From NCBI GenBank assembly GCA_030153785.1, contig JASKLF010000012.1:1-45165 (forward strand): a DNA stretch of 45,165 nucleotides. The letters are read 5' to 3'. A program made the translations under genes and the position numbers. Below the pieces are notes generated by a model, which saw only the letters and a program-made list of their open reading frames with translations, did no database searches and was not told the origin of the DNA. Position 1 is the first letter of the stretch, and every line of letters starts with the position of its first letter. The stretch is from a bacterium (GTDB lineage: Bacteria > Synergistota > GBS-1). Shown here in pieces: positions 10,248-20,077 of this stretch.

Positions 10248-11098
10248 TCAAGGTTTATAAGCCTCTTCTTCTTACTTCTACAGAGTGCCTTGAAGAGGTT
10301 AAAGAAACCCTCAAAGTGAAGAAAGCTGGACACACGGGAACCCTCGACCCTCATGCGGAGGGATTGCTTCTTGTTTGTTTGAATTCTTCCACTAAGCTTG
10401 TTCCATTTCTTCTTGAGCTTGACAAGGAGTATGTGGGTGAAGCGATTTTGGGTGTAAAAACCACTACAGGGGATAGGGGAGGAGCTGTCATAGATGTCAG
10501 CGCTAAAAAAGTGGATTTTGAGAGCCTCCTGGAAGTGATAAATAAGTTTAAAGGAAGGGTAGTTCAGACTCCCCCAATTTATTCGGCCTTGAAGAAGGAT
10601 GGAAAGAGGCTCTATGAATATGCAAGAGAGGGCATCGAGAATGTGGAAGTAAAACCGAGGGAGATTTTTATATACGAGTTTGAAGTCCTCTCTTTTAAGG
10701 ATGAGGAGTTCCAAAAGTTTTCTTTCAGAGTAAGGTGTTCTAAAGGGACATATGTTAGAAAGCTCATAGAGGATGTGGGGGATGCTTTAGGATGCGGGGC
10801 ATTTTTGTATTCCTTGAAGCGAACGCGAATAGGTCCATTCGATTCTGAAGATGCCCCTTCACCTTGGGACAGGGAGGGGCTTGTCAGGTCTTGCATTAGT
10901 AATGAGGATGTTGTGAAAATGATAATGCCGGTTAGATATGTTTCTCAGAAGGAAGCTTCGAAAGTTTTGAATGGGATGAGTATAAAGGTTGAGGAAAGTT
11001 ATGAAGGATTGACAGCCATTTTTTGCGAAGACACATTGATAGCTATAGCCCAGGCTAAAAATGGTATCCTGAAGCCAATAAGGGTGTTCAAAAAATGA
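10235..11098 (+). CDS. truB: tRNA pseudouridine(55) synthase
   Basis: KAGHTGTLDP, Q.PP.YSALK..GKRLYEYAR, CSKGTYVR. Confidence 0.97.
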   Translation: MEGVVKVYKPLLLTSTECLEEVKETLKVKKAGHTGTLDPHAEGLLLVCLNSSTKLVPFLLELDKEYVGEAILGVKTTTGDRGGAVIDVSAKKVDFESLLEVINKFKGRVVQTPPIYSALKKDGKRLYEYAREGIENVEVKPREIFIYEFEVLSFKDEEFQKFSFRVRCSKGTYVRKLIEDVGDALGCGAFLYSLKRTRIGPFDSEDAPSPWDREGLVRSCISNEDVVKMIMPVRYVSQKEASKVLNGMSIKVEESYEGLTAIFCEDTLIAIAQAKNGILKPIRVFKK

Positions 11099-11988
11099 AA
11101 GCTTTAGCTATAGGTGCCTTTGATGGCGTTCACTTGGGGCACAGGGAGGTCATAGAAAGGGCATTAAGCTGGGGAAGGAAGAATTCCATAAAAGTTTCTG
11201 TTTTAACTTTTTCTCCTAATCCACAGAGGTTCTTCAAGGGAGATGAATTTAAGCTTCTTACAACCGATGAGGAAAGGAGAGAGCTTTTATATCAAATTGG
11301 TGTGGACGAGATTATAGAGCTTCCCTTTGATGAAGGTCTTGCTTCTATGTCACCAGAAGAGTTTTTCGAAGATATTTTGCTTAAGAAGTTGGATGCGAAG
11401 TTTATATCTGTGGGGTTTAACTTCAGCTTTGGAAGAGAGGGCAAAGGTAAGGCAGATTACTTAAGGAAGCTTGCCGAAAAAAAGGGCATCATCGTTGAAA
11501 TAGTTCCACCAAAGATAGTAATGGGAAGAATCGTTTCAAGCACCACTATAAGGGAACTCTTAAAGAGCGGAAAGGTAGAAGAAGGTGCCATCTTACTTGG
11601 GAGAAACTATTTTTTAACGGGAATAGTTGGGGAAGGCAACAGGATAGGAAGAAGGATAGGGTTTCCAACGGCCAACCTTTTAGTCCCTCCAGAAAAACTG
11701 ATTCCCGCAGATGGAGTATACGCCACTTTTTGCGAAGTGCGAGGGAAAAAATATCTTGGCGCAATGGATATAGGAATGAGACCCACGCTTACCAGCGACG
11801 CCAGAGAGAAAAGAATCGAGATTCATATAATAGATTTTAGTGGAGAGATATACGGGGAAAGAATCAGGGTTGAGATTTTGCGTAGAGTTAGAGGAGAGAA
11901 AAAGTTTCAAAATCTTGACGAGTTAAGAGAGCAGATAGAGAGGGATGTCAATTGGATAAAAAGCCACTACAAGGGGATAATATGGTAG
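11095..11988 (+). CDS. ribF: Bifunctional riboflavin kinase/FAD synthetase
   Basis: G.FDGVHLGH, VSST.IR, GRRIGFPTANL. Confidence 0.96.
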   Translation: MKALAIGAFDGVHLGHREVIERALSWGRKNSIKVSVLTFSPNPQRFFKGDEFKLLTTDEERRELLYQIGVDEIIELPFDEGLASMSPEEFFEDILLKKLDAKFISVGFNFSFGREGKGKADYLRKLAEKKGIIVEIVPPKIVMGRIVSSTTIRELLKSGKVEEGAILLGRNYFLTGIVGEGNRIGRRIGFPTANLLVPPEKLIPADGVYATFCEVRGKKYLGAMDIGMRPTLTSDAREKRIEIHIIDFSGEIYGERIRVEILRRVRGEKKFQNLDELREQIERDVNWIKSHYKGIIW

Positions 11989-12599
11989 TTGATAACTATG
12001 TTGACGGTTTTCTTCTAAAAAGCCTTACGAAAGGTGCAGTATGGGCTTTTCGCATATGGATACCTTCCTCTCCTTTCATAGTTTTAGGGAGGTTTTCAAG
12101 GGAAGAGGAGGAAATTAAGGAGGAATCTTATCTTCCTATAAAAAGGCGTCTTGGCGGTGGTTGTAGCGTAGTATTGTATCCCGGAACAATCATAGTTAGC
12201 GTGGCTTTGAAAAGGTCTTTAAGGGAGGAGTTTTTCCCGAAAGATTGGATTGCCTTCTTCAATGAGACCATAATATCTGCGCTGAGAGATATTGGAATAA
12301 ACGAGATTCTTGAAAAGGGTTGGGGAGACATTGCTTATGGGAATAAAAAATTAGGAGGGATTTCACTTTATTCATCTAAAGAAGCGATTCTATATCAGCT
12401 TTCTCTTCTTTACAGCATAGATTTTAAGCTAATCTCTGAAAATCTGAAGCACCCTCCGCGTGAACCGGATTATAGAAAAGGAAGAGACCATATCGAATTT
12501 TTAACTTCGATTAAGGAAATAATGCCGGGGTTTTCTTTAGAAAAGCTTATTTTTTCAATAGAACGAAGGCTAAAAGAAGCTTTATCTTCTTTAGCTTAG
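11982..12599 (+). CDS. Lipoate-protein ligase A family protein (catalytic domain only)
   Basis: RRLGGGCSV, D.....KKLGG, P.REPDYR.GR.H..F motifs; start 11952 or 11982. Confidence 0.75.
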   Translation: MVVDNYVDGFLLKSLTKGAVWAFRIWIPSSPFIVLGRFSREEEEIKEESYLPIKRRLGGGCSVVLYPGTIIVSVALKRSLREEFFPKDWIAFFNETIISALRDIGINEILEKGWGDIAYGNKKLGGISLYSSKEAILYQLSLLYSIDFKLISENLKHPPREPDYRKGRDHIEFLTSIKEIMPGFSLEKLIFSIERRLKEALSSLA

Positions 12600-12600
12600 C

Positions 12601-12609
12601 TGTTATAAT
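12601..12609 (+). promoter_or_regulatory. Extended -10 promoter upstream of panB
   Basis: TGTTATAAT immediately after the upstream stop codon. Confidence 0.5.
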
Positions 12610-12615
12610 CTTCCC

Positions 12616-13482
12616 ATGGGGGTGGTAAATTTGCGTAAAAAGGTAACCATACCAGAGCTACTTGAAAAGAAGAGGAAGGGCGAGAAGATAGTGATGATAA
12701 CTTCTTACGACTATCCAATGACTCAAATAGTTAACGAGGCAGAGATTGACATCATATTAGTTGGGGATTCTCTTGCTATGGTAGTTCAGGGGCGGGAGTC
12801 CACGGTTCCAGTTACAATGGAAGAGATGATTTATCATTGTAAGTGTGTCATGAGGGGCAATACATCTGCCTTTGTGGTTGGAGATATGCCATTTTTAAGC
12901 TATGAGGTGAGCCCAGAGGAGGCTGTCAGAAACGCGGGAAGGATAATGAAAGAGGGAGGAGTGGACGCTGTTAAACTCGAGGGAGGCGTTAGAGTTGCTG
13001 ATAGGGTAGAGGCCATCGTCAAGGCTGGTATTCCTGTTATGGGACATATAGGTTTAACTCCTCAAAGCGTGAGCCTTCTTGGAGGATTTAGGGTTCAAGG
13101 AAAGGATATAGATTCCGCTAAAAGAATAATAGAAGATGCTATAGCTTTAGAGCAAGCAGGGGTTTTCGCTATCGTGCTCGAGTGCGTTCCCTCAGGCGTT
13201 GCAGAGATAATAACCAAAAAGGTATCTGTCCCTACGATAGGTATAGGGGCGGGACCTCATTGTGACGGTCAGGTATTGGTCCTTCACGACCTTTTAGGTC
13301 TCTTTAAGCGTTTCAGACCGAAGTTTGTCAAATCTTACATTGACCTGTATGAGGTGATTCTTAAAGCTTTAACGGAATATAGAGAAGAGGTTAAATCGGG
13401 AGTCTTTCCGTCAGCTGAGCATAGCTTCTCTATGAACGAAGAGGTCCTAAAAGCTCTCAAGGAGGAGTATTTAGGATCATGA
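12616..13482 (+). CDS. panB: 3-methyl-2-oxobutanoate hydroxymethyltransferase
   Basis: ILVGDSL, DMPF.SY, VKLEGG, GHIGLTPQ, IGIGAG..CDGQVLV. True start may be TTG 12631. Confidence 0.97.
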   Translation: MGVVNLRKKVTIPELLEKKRKGEKIVMITSYDYPMTQIVNEAEIDIILVGDSLAMVVQGRESTVPVTMEEMIYHCKCVMRGNTSAFVVGDMPFLSYEVSPEEAVRNAGRIMKEGGVDAVKLEGGVRVADRVEAIVKAGIPVMGHIGLTPQSVSLLGGFRVQGKDIDSAKRIIEDAIALEQAGVFAIVLECVPSGVAEIITKKVSVPTIGIGAGPHCDGQVLVLHDLLGLFKRFRPKFVKSYIDLYEVILKALTEYREEVKSGVFPSAEHSFSMNEEVLKALKEEYLGS

Positions 13483-14408
13483 AAAGAATAGCCATAGTAG
13501 GCGCTGGTGCGATGGGAAGCATTTATGGCGCCTGTCTATCTCAAGTGGCAGATGTAAATCTCATAGATGTATGGGAAGAGCATGTCAGAAAGATAAACGA
13601 AGAGGGGCTTAGGGTAGAATGGCTCGATGGGACAGAAAAGGTTTTTAAAGTGAAGGCATTTACCGATGCTCGGGATGTTGGCGTTGTAGACCTTGTTATA
13701 ATCTTTGTCAAATCCTATGTTACCGAAGAGGCAACAAAGTCCTCCTTACCTTTGGTTGGAGATAACACGCTTTTCCTTACTTTGCAAAATGGTTTGGGTA
13801 ATGCCGAAAGGATAGCTTCCATAGTGGGTAAAGATAGGGTTCTTTGCGGAACAACAACGGCAGGAGGGACATTTTTGGGGCCGGGAAGGGTAAGATACGC
13901 TGGGAAGGGAGAAACTAACTTCGGTCCGTTTGGCAAAGTGGATAAAGAGAAACTTTTAGAGATTAAAGAGCTTTTTGAAAAAGCAGGGCTTGACCCCAAA
14001 TTGGTTGAGGATCCGCTTAAAAATGTTTGGCGGAAGTTGATTATAAATATAGGAATAAATCCGGTAACGGCCATAGCAAGGGTTTTAAATGGAAGGATTC
14101 CAGAGGATCCTAATCTTAAAGCTTTGAGCGAGCTACTCGTTGAAGAGGCTTGCCGTGTTGCTAATGCAGAGGGATACGAATTTGATGTGGAAGAAATGAA
14201 AAAGGTAGTTCTCGACGTGGCAAGGAAAACAGGTAGAAATCGGTCTTCCATGCTTCAAGATATATTAAATAGAAGAAAGACGGAGATAGAAGCCATAAAT
14301 GGTGAAGTAGTTTTAAGAGGCAAGAAACATAAAATTCCAGTTGGGGGTAATGAAGCAATAACCCTTCTTGTAAAGTTTTTGGAAAGCGGTAAAAGCGATG
14401 AAATATAA
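13479..14408 (+). CDS. panE: 2-dehydropantoate 2-reductase
   Basis: GAGAMG, VKSY, LQNGLG, W.KL..N..IN, SSMLQD....R.TEI..ING. Confidence 0.93.
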   Translation: MKRIAIVGAGAMGSIYGACLSQVADVNLIDVWEEHVRKINEEGLRVEWLDGTEKVFKVKAFTDARDVGVVDLVIIFVKSYVTEEATKSSLPLVGDNTLFLTLQNGLGNAERIASIVGKDRVLCGTTTAGGTFLGPGRVRYAGKGETNFGPFGKVDKEKLLEIKELFEKAGLDPKLVEDPLKNVWRKLIINIGINPVTAIARVLNGRIPEDPNLKALSELLVEEACRVANAEGYEFDVEEMKKVVLDVARKTGRNRSSMLQDILNRRKTEIEAINGEVVLRGKKHKIPVGGNEAITLLVKFLESGKSDEI

Positions 14409-14409
14409 G

Positions 14410-16111
14410 CTATTTGTCCTTTAAGTGAACATCAAGCTGGGGATAGGGTATCTCTATCCCCTCTTCTTTGAATCTATACCAGATGCTGAAATTTAAATCT
14501 GATGGAACTTTTAAAGGGCTAGCCTTAGATTGGTCTATCCAAATAAATATGTCGAATATTAATGCGCTCTCTCCCATCTCGCGAAAGACAACGAAAGGTT
14601 CGGGTTCAGGCAATACGCCGGGATGCTTTTTAACTTCTTCTAAAATAACCCTTTCTACATGTCTTGGGTCGGAATTGTAGGAAACCCCTACGCTGAGTTT
14701 CTTTCTTATTATCGTATCTGATTTTGTCCAGTTCATAACGATATCGGAAGCAAGGAGCGAGGACGGAATAATAAGCTCGATGTTATCAAAGGTTCTTAAG
14801 GTTACACACCTATAATCTATTCTTTTCTATTCTTCCCGTGATGGGTGAGCTACTATTCGGGCTAAGGGTAATTATATCGTTCACTTTGAAATGTCCTTCC
14901 ATGAATATTAAAATTCCGCCGACAATGTTTCTTGCTAAATCTTGAAGACCAAGCCCCAATCCTATACCCAATGTTCCTGCAAATACTGCTAAGAATGAAG
15001 GTCCCACACCTAATGCTCTTAAGGAGGCCAGTAAGCCTATCAGGATGAAGGTGTAAAAGAAAACCTTTGATAAGATTTTTCGAAGCTGCAGATTTTCTGT
15101 TATTATCTCTCCTCTACTTTCGGTGAGCTTACGAATTAGGGAAGCAATAATATAGAAGAAAATTCCTATAAGAGTTGCCTTTAGGAGCTGTGAAAGATAT
15201 AAAGGAGCTTCTCCTATGGTTGCGAGAGGAAAGTCAAGCCATGTAGCAAGCAGATTGTATATTCCTAAGAGCTTTAGTATTATAACTGAACTCAGTATTA
15301 ATTCTATATACAGCCATAGAAGGTAGGTCTCCCGCGATATAGGGGATAGGCTTTCTTTTTCTCTTATAGTGCTAACCGCAAGTTGATGTAGTTTGGAAAG
15401 GCCGATTATAAAACCAATTAAACCCAAGAATCTCCAGAAAAGAGATTTTGATATGTCTTCATAGCCAATTATCCAAAGTCCACCTACCGCTGAAACGAAA
15501 AGCAAAACCAGGAAATAAAATTTTCTAAATATTTCCCTAATTTTTTTGTAAAAGGCGACCTCTATCTCGGGGAAGAGCGAAAGAATTTCCTCCCTGTAAA
15601 ATAGAGCATGGATGACAATTGCAAATATGCCAATTTTGAGGATTAGAAGCGTTACATCTTCTAAGCTTTTACTAATGCCAAGGCTTCTAATAAGGAAGAG
15701 TAATGTAAGCAAAAGGATGCTAAATTTTATCAATATTTCAAGTTGTTTTGCAAAGAAAGGTTTTCTATGACTTAACCAACTCGTAAATGTTAAAGAAAGC
15801 GCGTATAATGCTACGAACAGGAAGAAAAAGCTACAAGCCAACAAGATAGGGTTCTTATATCCTAACACGTTTGGTGAGACTAAGAGAATTAAATATGCGA
15901 AGATGTAAAAGGGAATATTATTGAGGGGAAGCCTTTTTTCTACAATCGGTCTGATTTTCAGATTGTATATAAAATAGGATATTGTAAGAAAAACGAGGAA
16001 GGCAATGAGAAAATATAACTGCTTACCCGTAAGAAAGGGAAACAATGCCTTGTAGCTATTAGCTATTTCATTGGGAATGAGAAGTGACTTTTCAAATATG
16101 CTCTTTATCAT
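14410..16111 (-). pseudogene. Large multi-TM mechanosensitive channel (MscS/MscK-like) interrupted by a +1 frameshift
   Basis: ORF 14810..16162 carries the MscS pore motif GIGLGLGLQDLARN..GG; ORF 14410..14736 carries the C-terminus (GVSY.SD...GIEIPYPQLDV). Removing one base at 14823-14826 gives continuous GRIERIDYRCVTLRTFDNIELIIPSS...NWT. Confidence 0.85.
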
Positions 16112-16121
16112 AGTATTAATA

Positions 16122-16150
16122 ATTATATCCCTATACGACGACTTTGGGAA
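16122..16150 (-). promoter_or_regulatory. Putative sigma70 promoter of mscS
   Basis: On the - strand TTCCCA-17 bp-TATAAT, ending 10 nt before ATG 16111. Confidence 0.45.
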
Positions 16151-16228
16151 GAGTTCTCCCAACTACTGCGATGAAATCGGCGGAAAAAATGAGCCTTTAA
16201 TATCCCCACAAAATATATTTTCGGACTA

Positions 16229-16257
16229 TTGACAAAAGTAAAAGGATGTGTCATTAT
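16229..16257 (+). promoter_or_regulatory. Putative sigma70 promoter of spoVS
   Basis: TTGACA (16229-16234), 17 bp, TG-n-CATTAT (16252-16257). Confidence 0.55.
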
Positions 16258-16309
16258 TTTAACAGTATAAGGGCGGGAATATGCACTTTTTAAAAAGGAG
16301 GGGTTTTGC

Positions 16310-16570
16310 ATGGAGGTTTTAAAGGTTTCTGCTCAGTCTAGACCTAAGTCGGTTGCGGGTGCTTTGGCTGCGGTTTTAAGGGAAAAGGGTTGTGCAGAGC
16401 TTCAGGCTATTGGGGCGGGCGCTGTCAACCAAGCAGTGAAGGCTATAGCCATTGCAAGAGGGTATGTAGCACCAAATGGAATTGATATAGTTTGTATACC
16501 TGCCTTTACGAAGGTTGAAATCGAAGGGGAGGAGAGAACGGCAATAAAGTTTGTTGTTGAATCCCGTTAA
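16310..16570 (+). CDS. spoVS: Stage V sporulation protein S family (Alba-like nucleic acid-binding)
   Basis: MEVLKVS..S.PKSVAGALA, AIGAGAVNQAVKAIAIARG, 86 aa. Confidence 0.97.
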   Translation: MEVLKVSAQSRPKSVAGALAAVLREKGCAELQAIGAGAVNQAVKAIAIARGYVAPNGIDIVCIPAFTKVEIEGEERTAIKFVVESR

Positions 16571-16613
16571 AGTTATACCCGCCCAGAAGGAGGCCTATTT
16601 AATATTGACATCT

Positions 16614-16654
16614 GAACCTGCTTGCCTTCACGTGAAGGCAAGCAGGTTCTTTTT
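16614..16654 (+). terminator. Intrinsic terminator after spoVS (perfect 36-bp palindrome + T5)
   Basis: GAACCTGCTTGCCTTCAC|GTGAAGGCAAGCAGGTTC followed by TTTTT. Confidence 0.85.
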
Positions 16655-16683
16655 CTGTCTTTGTGGGAAAGGAGGCACGGACG

Positions 16684-17946
16684 ATGGGGATTAGTGCACC
16701 TCGAGGTGTAAGAGACATACTTCCAGGAGAAACCGAAAAATGGAGATTTGTAGAGAACACAGCTTACGGGCTTTCAAAAAGGTATGGCTATAGGGAAATA
16801 ATAATACCCGTTTTTGAACACACGGAGCTTTTTTCAAGAGGATTAGGAGAGGCAACGGATATAGTTATGAAAGAGATGTATACTTTCGAGGACAAAGGAG
16901 GCAGAAGCCTGACACTGAGACCGGAAGCAACGGCTTCCATAGTTAGGGCTTATTTAGAGCATCATCTTGAACAAAAACCTCAACCACAAAAATTTTACTT
17001 CTTTGGTCCCATGTTCAGATATGAGAGGCCACAGGCGGGGCGGTATAGGCAGTTTTGGCAGATAGATTTCGAGGCCTTGGGGTCTCCTGATCCCTTGTTG
17101 GATGTGGAAATAATTTCGCTGGCATGGGATTTGATGTTTTCCTTGGGTATTAGAAACTTGGAGGTTCAAATTAACAGCATAGGTTGCCCAAAGTGCAAAG
17201 AGCCTTATAAGGCTCTCTTGAAAGAATATTTTTCGGACAAACTTTCTATGCTCTGTGGAGATTGCCAAAGAAGATACGAGCTTAATGTGCTAAGGATTCT
17301 GGATTGCAAAAAAGACACATGTAGAGCTGTGGTGGAAGATGCACCGAAGCTGGTAGATCATCTTTGCCCTGATTGTAAGTCCCACTTTGAGGAAGTTAAG
17401 GAAGGTTTAGACTTGTTATCCTTACCCTACGTTTTAAATCCTTACCTTGTTAGGGGATTAGACTACTATACCAGAACAACTTTTGAGATAATTTCTAATA
17501 GATTAGGGGCACAAAATGCTCTATGTGGTGGGGGTAGATATGACCTTCTTGCTTTTGAGATAGGTGGTCTTGCGGTTCCGGGTGTGGGATTTGCAGCAGG
17601 TTTAGAAAGAATCGTTATGGTTTTGGAAGAAGAGGGATTACTTAAAGATACAGAAAAGGGGTTAGATTTATTTTTGGTATCCATGGGTGAAGAGGCTAAA
17701 AGGCAGGCATTTAAGCTTCTATATCTTCTTAGAAGAGAAGGAATTTCGGCAGATATGGATTATACAGGCAGAAATGTTAAAGCTCAGATGAAACTTGCTA
17801 ATCAGAGAAAGGCAAGAAGGGTTTTAATCTTGGGAGAAGATGAGCTATCCTCTGGAATTGTTAAAATAAAGGATATGGAAACTGGCAAACAAGAAGATAT
17901 TCCTTTAGGCGAGGTTCTCTCTTACTGTAGGAGGTGGAAAAGGTGA
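16684..17946 (+). CDS. hisS: Histidine--tRNA ligase
   Basis: LRPEATA, FRYERPQAGRYRQF, LVRGLDYYT, GGGRYD; ATG 16684 after GGAGG. Confidence 0.98.
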   Translation: MGISAPRGVRDILPGETEKWRFVENTAYGLSKRYGYREIIIPVFEHTELFSRGLGEATDIVMKEMYTFEDKGGRSLTLRPEATASIVRAYLEHHLEQKPQPQKFYFFGPMFRYERPQAGRYRQFWQIDFEALGSPDPLLDVEIISLAWDLMFSLGIRNLEVQINSIGCPKCKEPYKALLKEYFSDKLSMLCGDCQRRYELNVLRILDCKKDTCRAVVEDAPKLVDHLCPDCKSHFEEVKEGLDLLSLPYVLNPYLVRGLDYYTRTTFEIISNRLGAQNALCGGGRYDLLAFEIGGLAVPGVGFAAGLERIVMVLEEEGLLKDTEKGLDLFLVSMGEEAKRQAFKLLYLLRREGISADMDYTGRNVKAQMKLANQRKARRVLILGEDELSSGIVKIKDMETGKQEDIPLGEVLSYCRRWKR

Positions 17947-19721
17947 TAGAACTTTTGGGTGACTGGAAAAGAACTTGCTATTGTGCTGAACTCGAAGAAA
18001 AAGATGTGGGGAAAAGAGTTACCTTAATGGGGTGGGTAAATAGGGAAAGGGATCATGGAGGCCTTACTTTTATAGATTTGAGAGATAGGAGCGGTATTGT
18101 TCAGCTTGTTTTTGGTCCTGATATAGATCCCCATGCTCACGAGAAAGCGAAGAAGGTTCGATCGGAGTATGTGATAGCCGTTAGAGGAGAGGTAAAGAGA
18201 AGGCCACTAGGCACAGAAAATCCCGCTTTAAAAACTGGTAACATAGAGATATGGTGTTATGAAATAAAAGTGCTTAACGTTGCTCAAACCCCTCCTTTTC
18301 CTATATCTGACGATGAAGAGGTTGATGAAAACGTCAGGTTAAAGTATAGATACCTTGATTTAAGAAGACCGAAGATGCAGAGGAATATAATTTTAAGGCA
18401 TAAAGCCGCTTTATGGGTTAGGAATTTCCTTTCTTCTCAGGGTTTTCTTGAGATAGAAACGCCCTTTTTGACGAAGAGCACCCCTGAAGGGGCAAGAGAC
18501 TATCTTGTGCCAAGCAGGGTTAACCCTGGCTGCTTTTATGCTCTTCCTCAATCTCCCCAGCTTTTTAAGCAAATTTTTATGATATCTGGTTTTGACCGAT
18601 ATTTCCAAATTGTAAGGTGTTTCAGAGATGAGGATTTAAGGGCGGATAGACAGCCTGAATTTACTCAGATAGACATGGAGATGAGTTTCCCCACAGAGGA
18701 AGACATCTTTGATATCAGCGAGAGAATGATAACAGGATTGTTTAAAGAGCTTTTGGATGTGGATATAGATAGGCCGTTTCCGAGAGTGTCTTACAGAGAA
18801 GCCATGCTAAAATATGGTTCAGACAAGCCTGATACCAGGTTTGGTTTGGAAATAAGTGATATAACTAATGTTTTTAAAGACACCAAGATAAAGGTTTTTA
18901 GAGATGTTGTAGAGAAGGGGGGAAGCATTAGAGCCATAAAAGTTCCTCAGGGGCAAAAGCTTTCTCGGAAAGACTTAGATGAATTAGTGGAGGTTGCAAG
19001 AAGCTTCGGAGCAAAGGGTCTCGCATGGTTTGCATTCACTTCTGATGGGATTAAGTCCCCACTGGCCAAGTTTTTAAGTGAAGGTGAGATAAACGCATTA
19101 AGGGAACTCCTTTCCATTGAAAACGGTGATATTCTTCTTGTAGGCGCTGACGAAAACGAAGAGGTTCTCGCAGAATATATGGGAAGGGTGAGACTCAGCC
19201 TTCCAGCAAGGCTCGGAATTAACCTGCAAGGATATAAGTTTCTTTGGATAGTTGATTTTCCACTCCTTCAGTGGAATGAGGAAGAGAATAGATACGAGGC
19301 CGTTCACCATCCCTTTACTTCTCCCAAAGAGGAAGATATTCCTCTTCTCGATACCGACCCCCTCAAGGTGAGGGCGAGGGCGTATGATATGGTATTAAAC
19401 GGTATCGAGCTTGGTGGGGGAAGTATAAGGATTCACAGCTCGGAGTTACAGTCTAAAGTGTTTAAGCTATTGAATATAGGAGAGGAAGAAGCCAAAGAAA
19501 AGTTCGGTTTTCTTTTGGAAGCTCTTTCCTATGGAGCACCACCTCACGGAGGGATTGCTTTTGGCTTCGATAGACTTGTGATGCTTTTAGCTGGTGAGGA
19601 TAGTATAAGGGATGTCATAGCCTTCCCTAAGACTCAGAAGGCCGTCTGCTTAATGACGGGAGCTCCATCGCCCGTTACGGCTAAACAGCTTAAAGAGCTA
19701 CATATAGAGGTGAAGCTTTAA
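17934..19721 (+). CDS. aspS: Aspartate--tRNA ligase
   Basis: RDHGG..FIDLRD, LPQSPQLFKQ, CFRDEDLRADRQPEFTQ, PPHGGIAFG.DR. Confidence 0.98.
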   Translation: MEKVIELLGDWKRTCYCAELEEKDVGKRVTLMGWVNRERDHGGLTFIDLRDRSGIVQLVFGPDIDPHAHEKAKKVRSEYVIAVRGEVKRRPLGTENPALKTGNIEIWCYEIKVLNVAQTPPFPISDDEEVDENVRLKYRYLDLRRPKMQRNIILRHKAALWVRNFLSSQGFLEIETPFLTKSTPEGARDYLVPSRVNPGCFYALPQSPQLFKQIFMISGFDRYFQIVRCFRDEDLRADRQPEFTQIDMEMSFPTEEDIFDISERMITGLFKELLDVDIDRPFPRVSYREAMLKYGSDKPDTRFGLEISDITNVFKDTKIKVFRDVVEKGGSIRAIKVPQGQKLSRKDLDELVEVARSFGAKGLAWFAFTSDGIKSPLAKFLSEGEINALRELLSIENGDILLVGADENEEVLAEYMGRVRLSLPARLGINLQGYKFLWIVDFPLLQWNEEENRYEAVHHPFTSPKEEDIPLLDTDPLKVRARAYDMVLNGIELGGGSIRIHSSELQSKVFKLLNIGEEEAKEKFGFLLEALSYGAPPHGGIAFGFDRLVMLLAGEDSIRDVIAFPKTQKAVCLMTGAPSPVTAKQLKELHIEVKL

Positions 19722-20075
19722 CTGATTCTTGGAATAGGAGTTGATATAGTAAGGATAAGCCGATTTGAAAAACTGAATGGAAAAATATTAGATAGGCTTT
19801 TTACGGAAAGAGAGCAGGCTCTTTTCTCTCGTAGAAGAGTAGAAAGGGTGGCTGCCAATTTCGCCGGAAAAGAAGCCTTTATCAAAGCAGTGGGAAGAGT
19901 TTTTAAGTGGAAGGAAATAGAGATCTTAAGAAAGGAAAACGGTGAACCCTATATAATCTTGAGTGGACAAGCGAGGAAGCTACTTGAGGAGCGCGGTTTA
20001 AGAAAAGCCTTCATTTCACTCTCCCATGACGGCGAATATGCTATCGCTTTTGTTATTCTGGAAGGAGGCAAGTAG
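19722..20075 (+). CDS. acpS: Holo-ACP synthase (probable CTG start)
   Basis: Frame is open upstream of the listed ORF: (L)ILGIGVDIVRISRF...RLFTERE...AANFAGKEAFIKA...G.P...ISLSHD.EYAIA.V. Confidence 0.92.
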   Translation: MILGIGVDIVRISRFEKLNGKILDRLFTEREQALFSRRRVERVAANFAGKEAFIKAVGRVFKWKEIEILRKENGEPYIILSGQARKLLEERGLRKAFISLSHDGEYAIAFVILEGGK

Positions 20076-20077
20076 GT

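Noticed and set aside
14810..14830. Classical programmed -1 frameshift in mscS
   Set aside because: The required shift is +1, and there is no X XXY YYZ heptamer or evident stimulatory structure.
16310..16570. spoVS as evidence of sporulation
   Set aside because: SpoVS occurs widely in non-sporulating bacteria, and no other sporulation genes are present.
16571..16683. T-box riboswitch upstream of hisS
   Set aside because: The region is too short and lacks the AGGGTGGNACCGCG T-box consensus.
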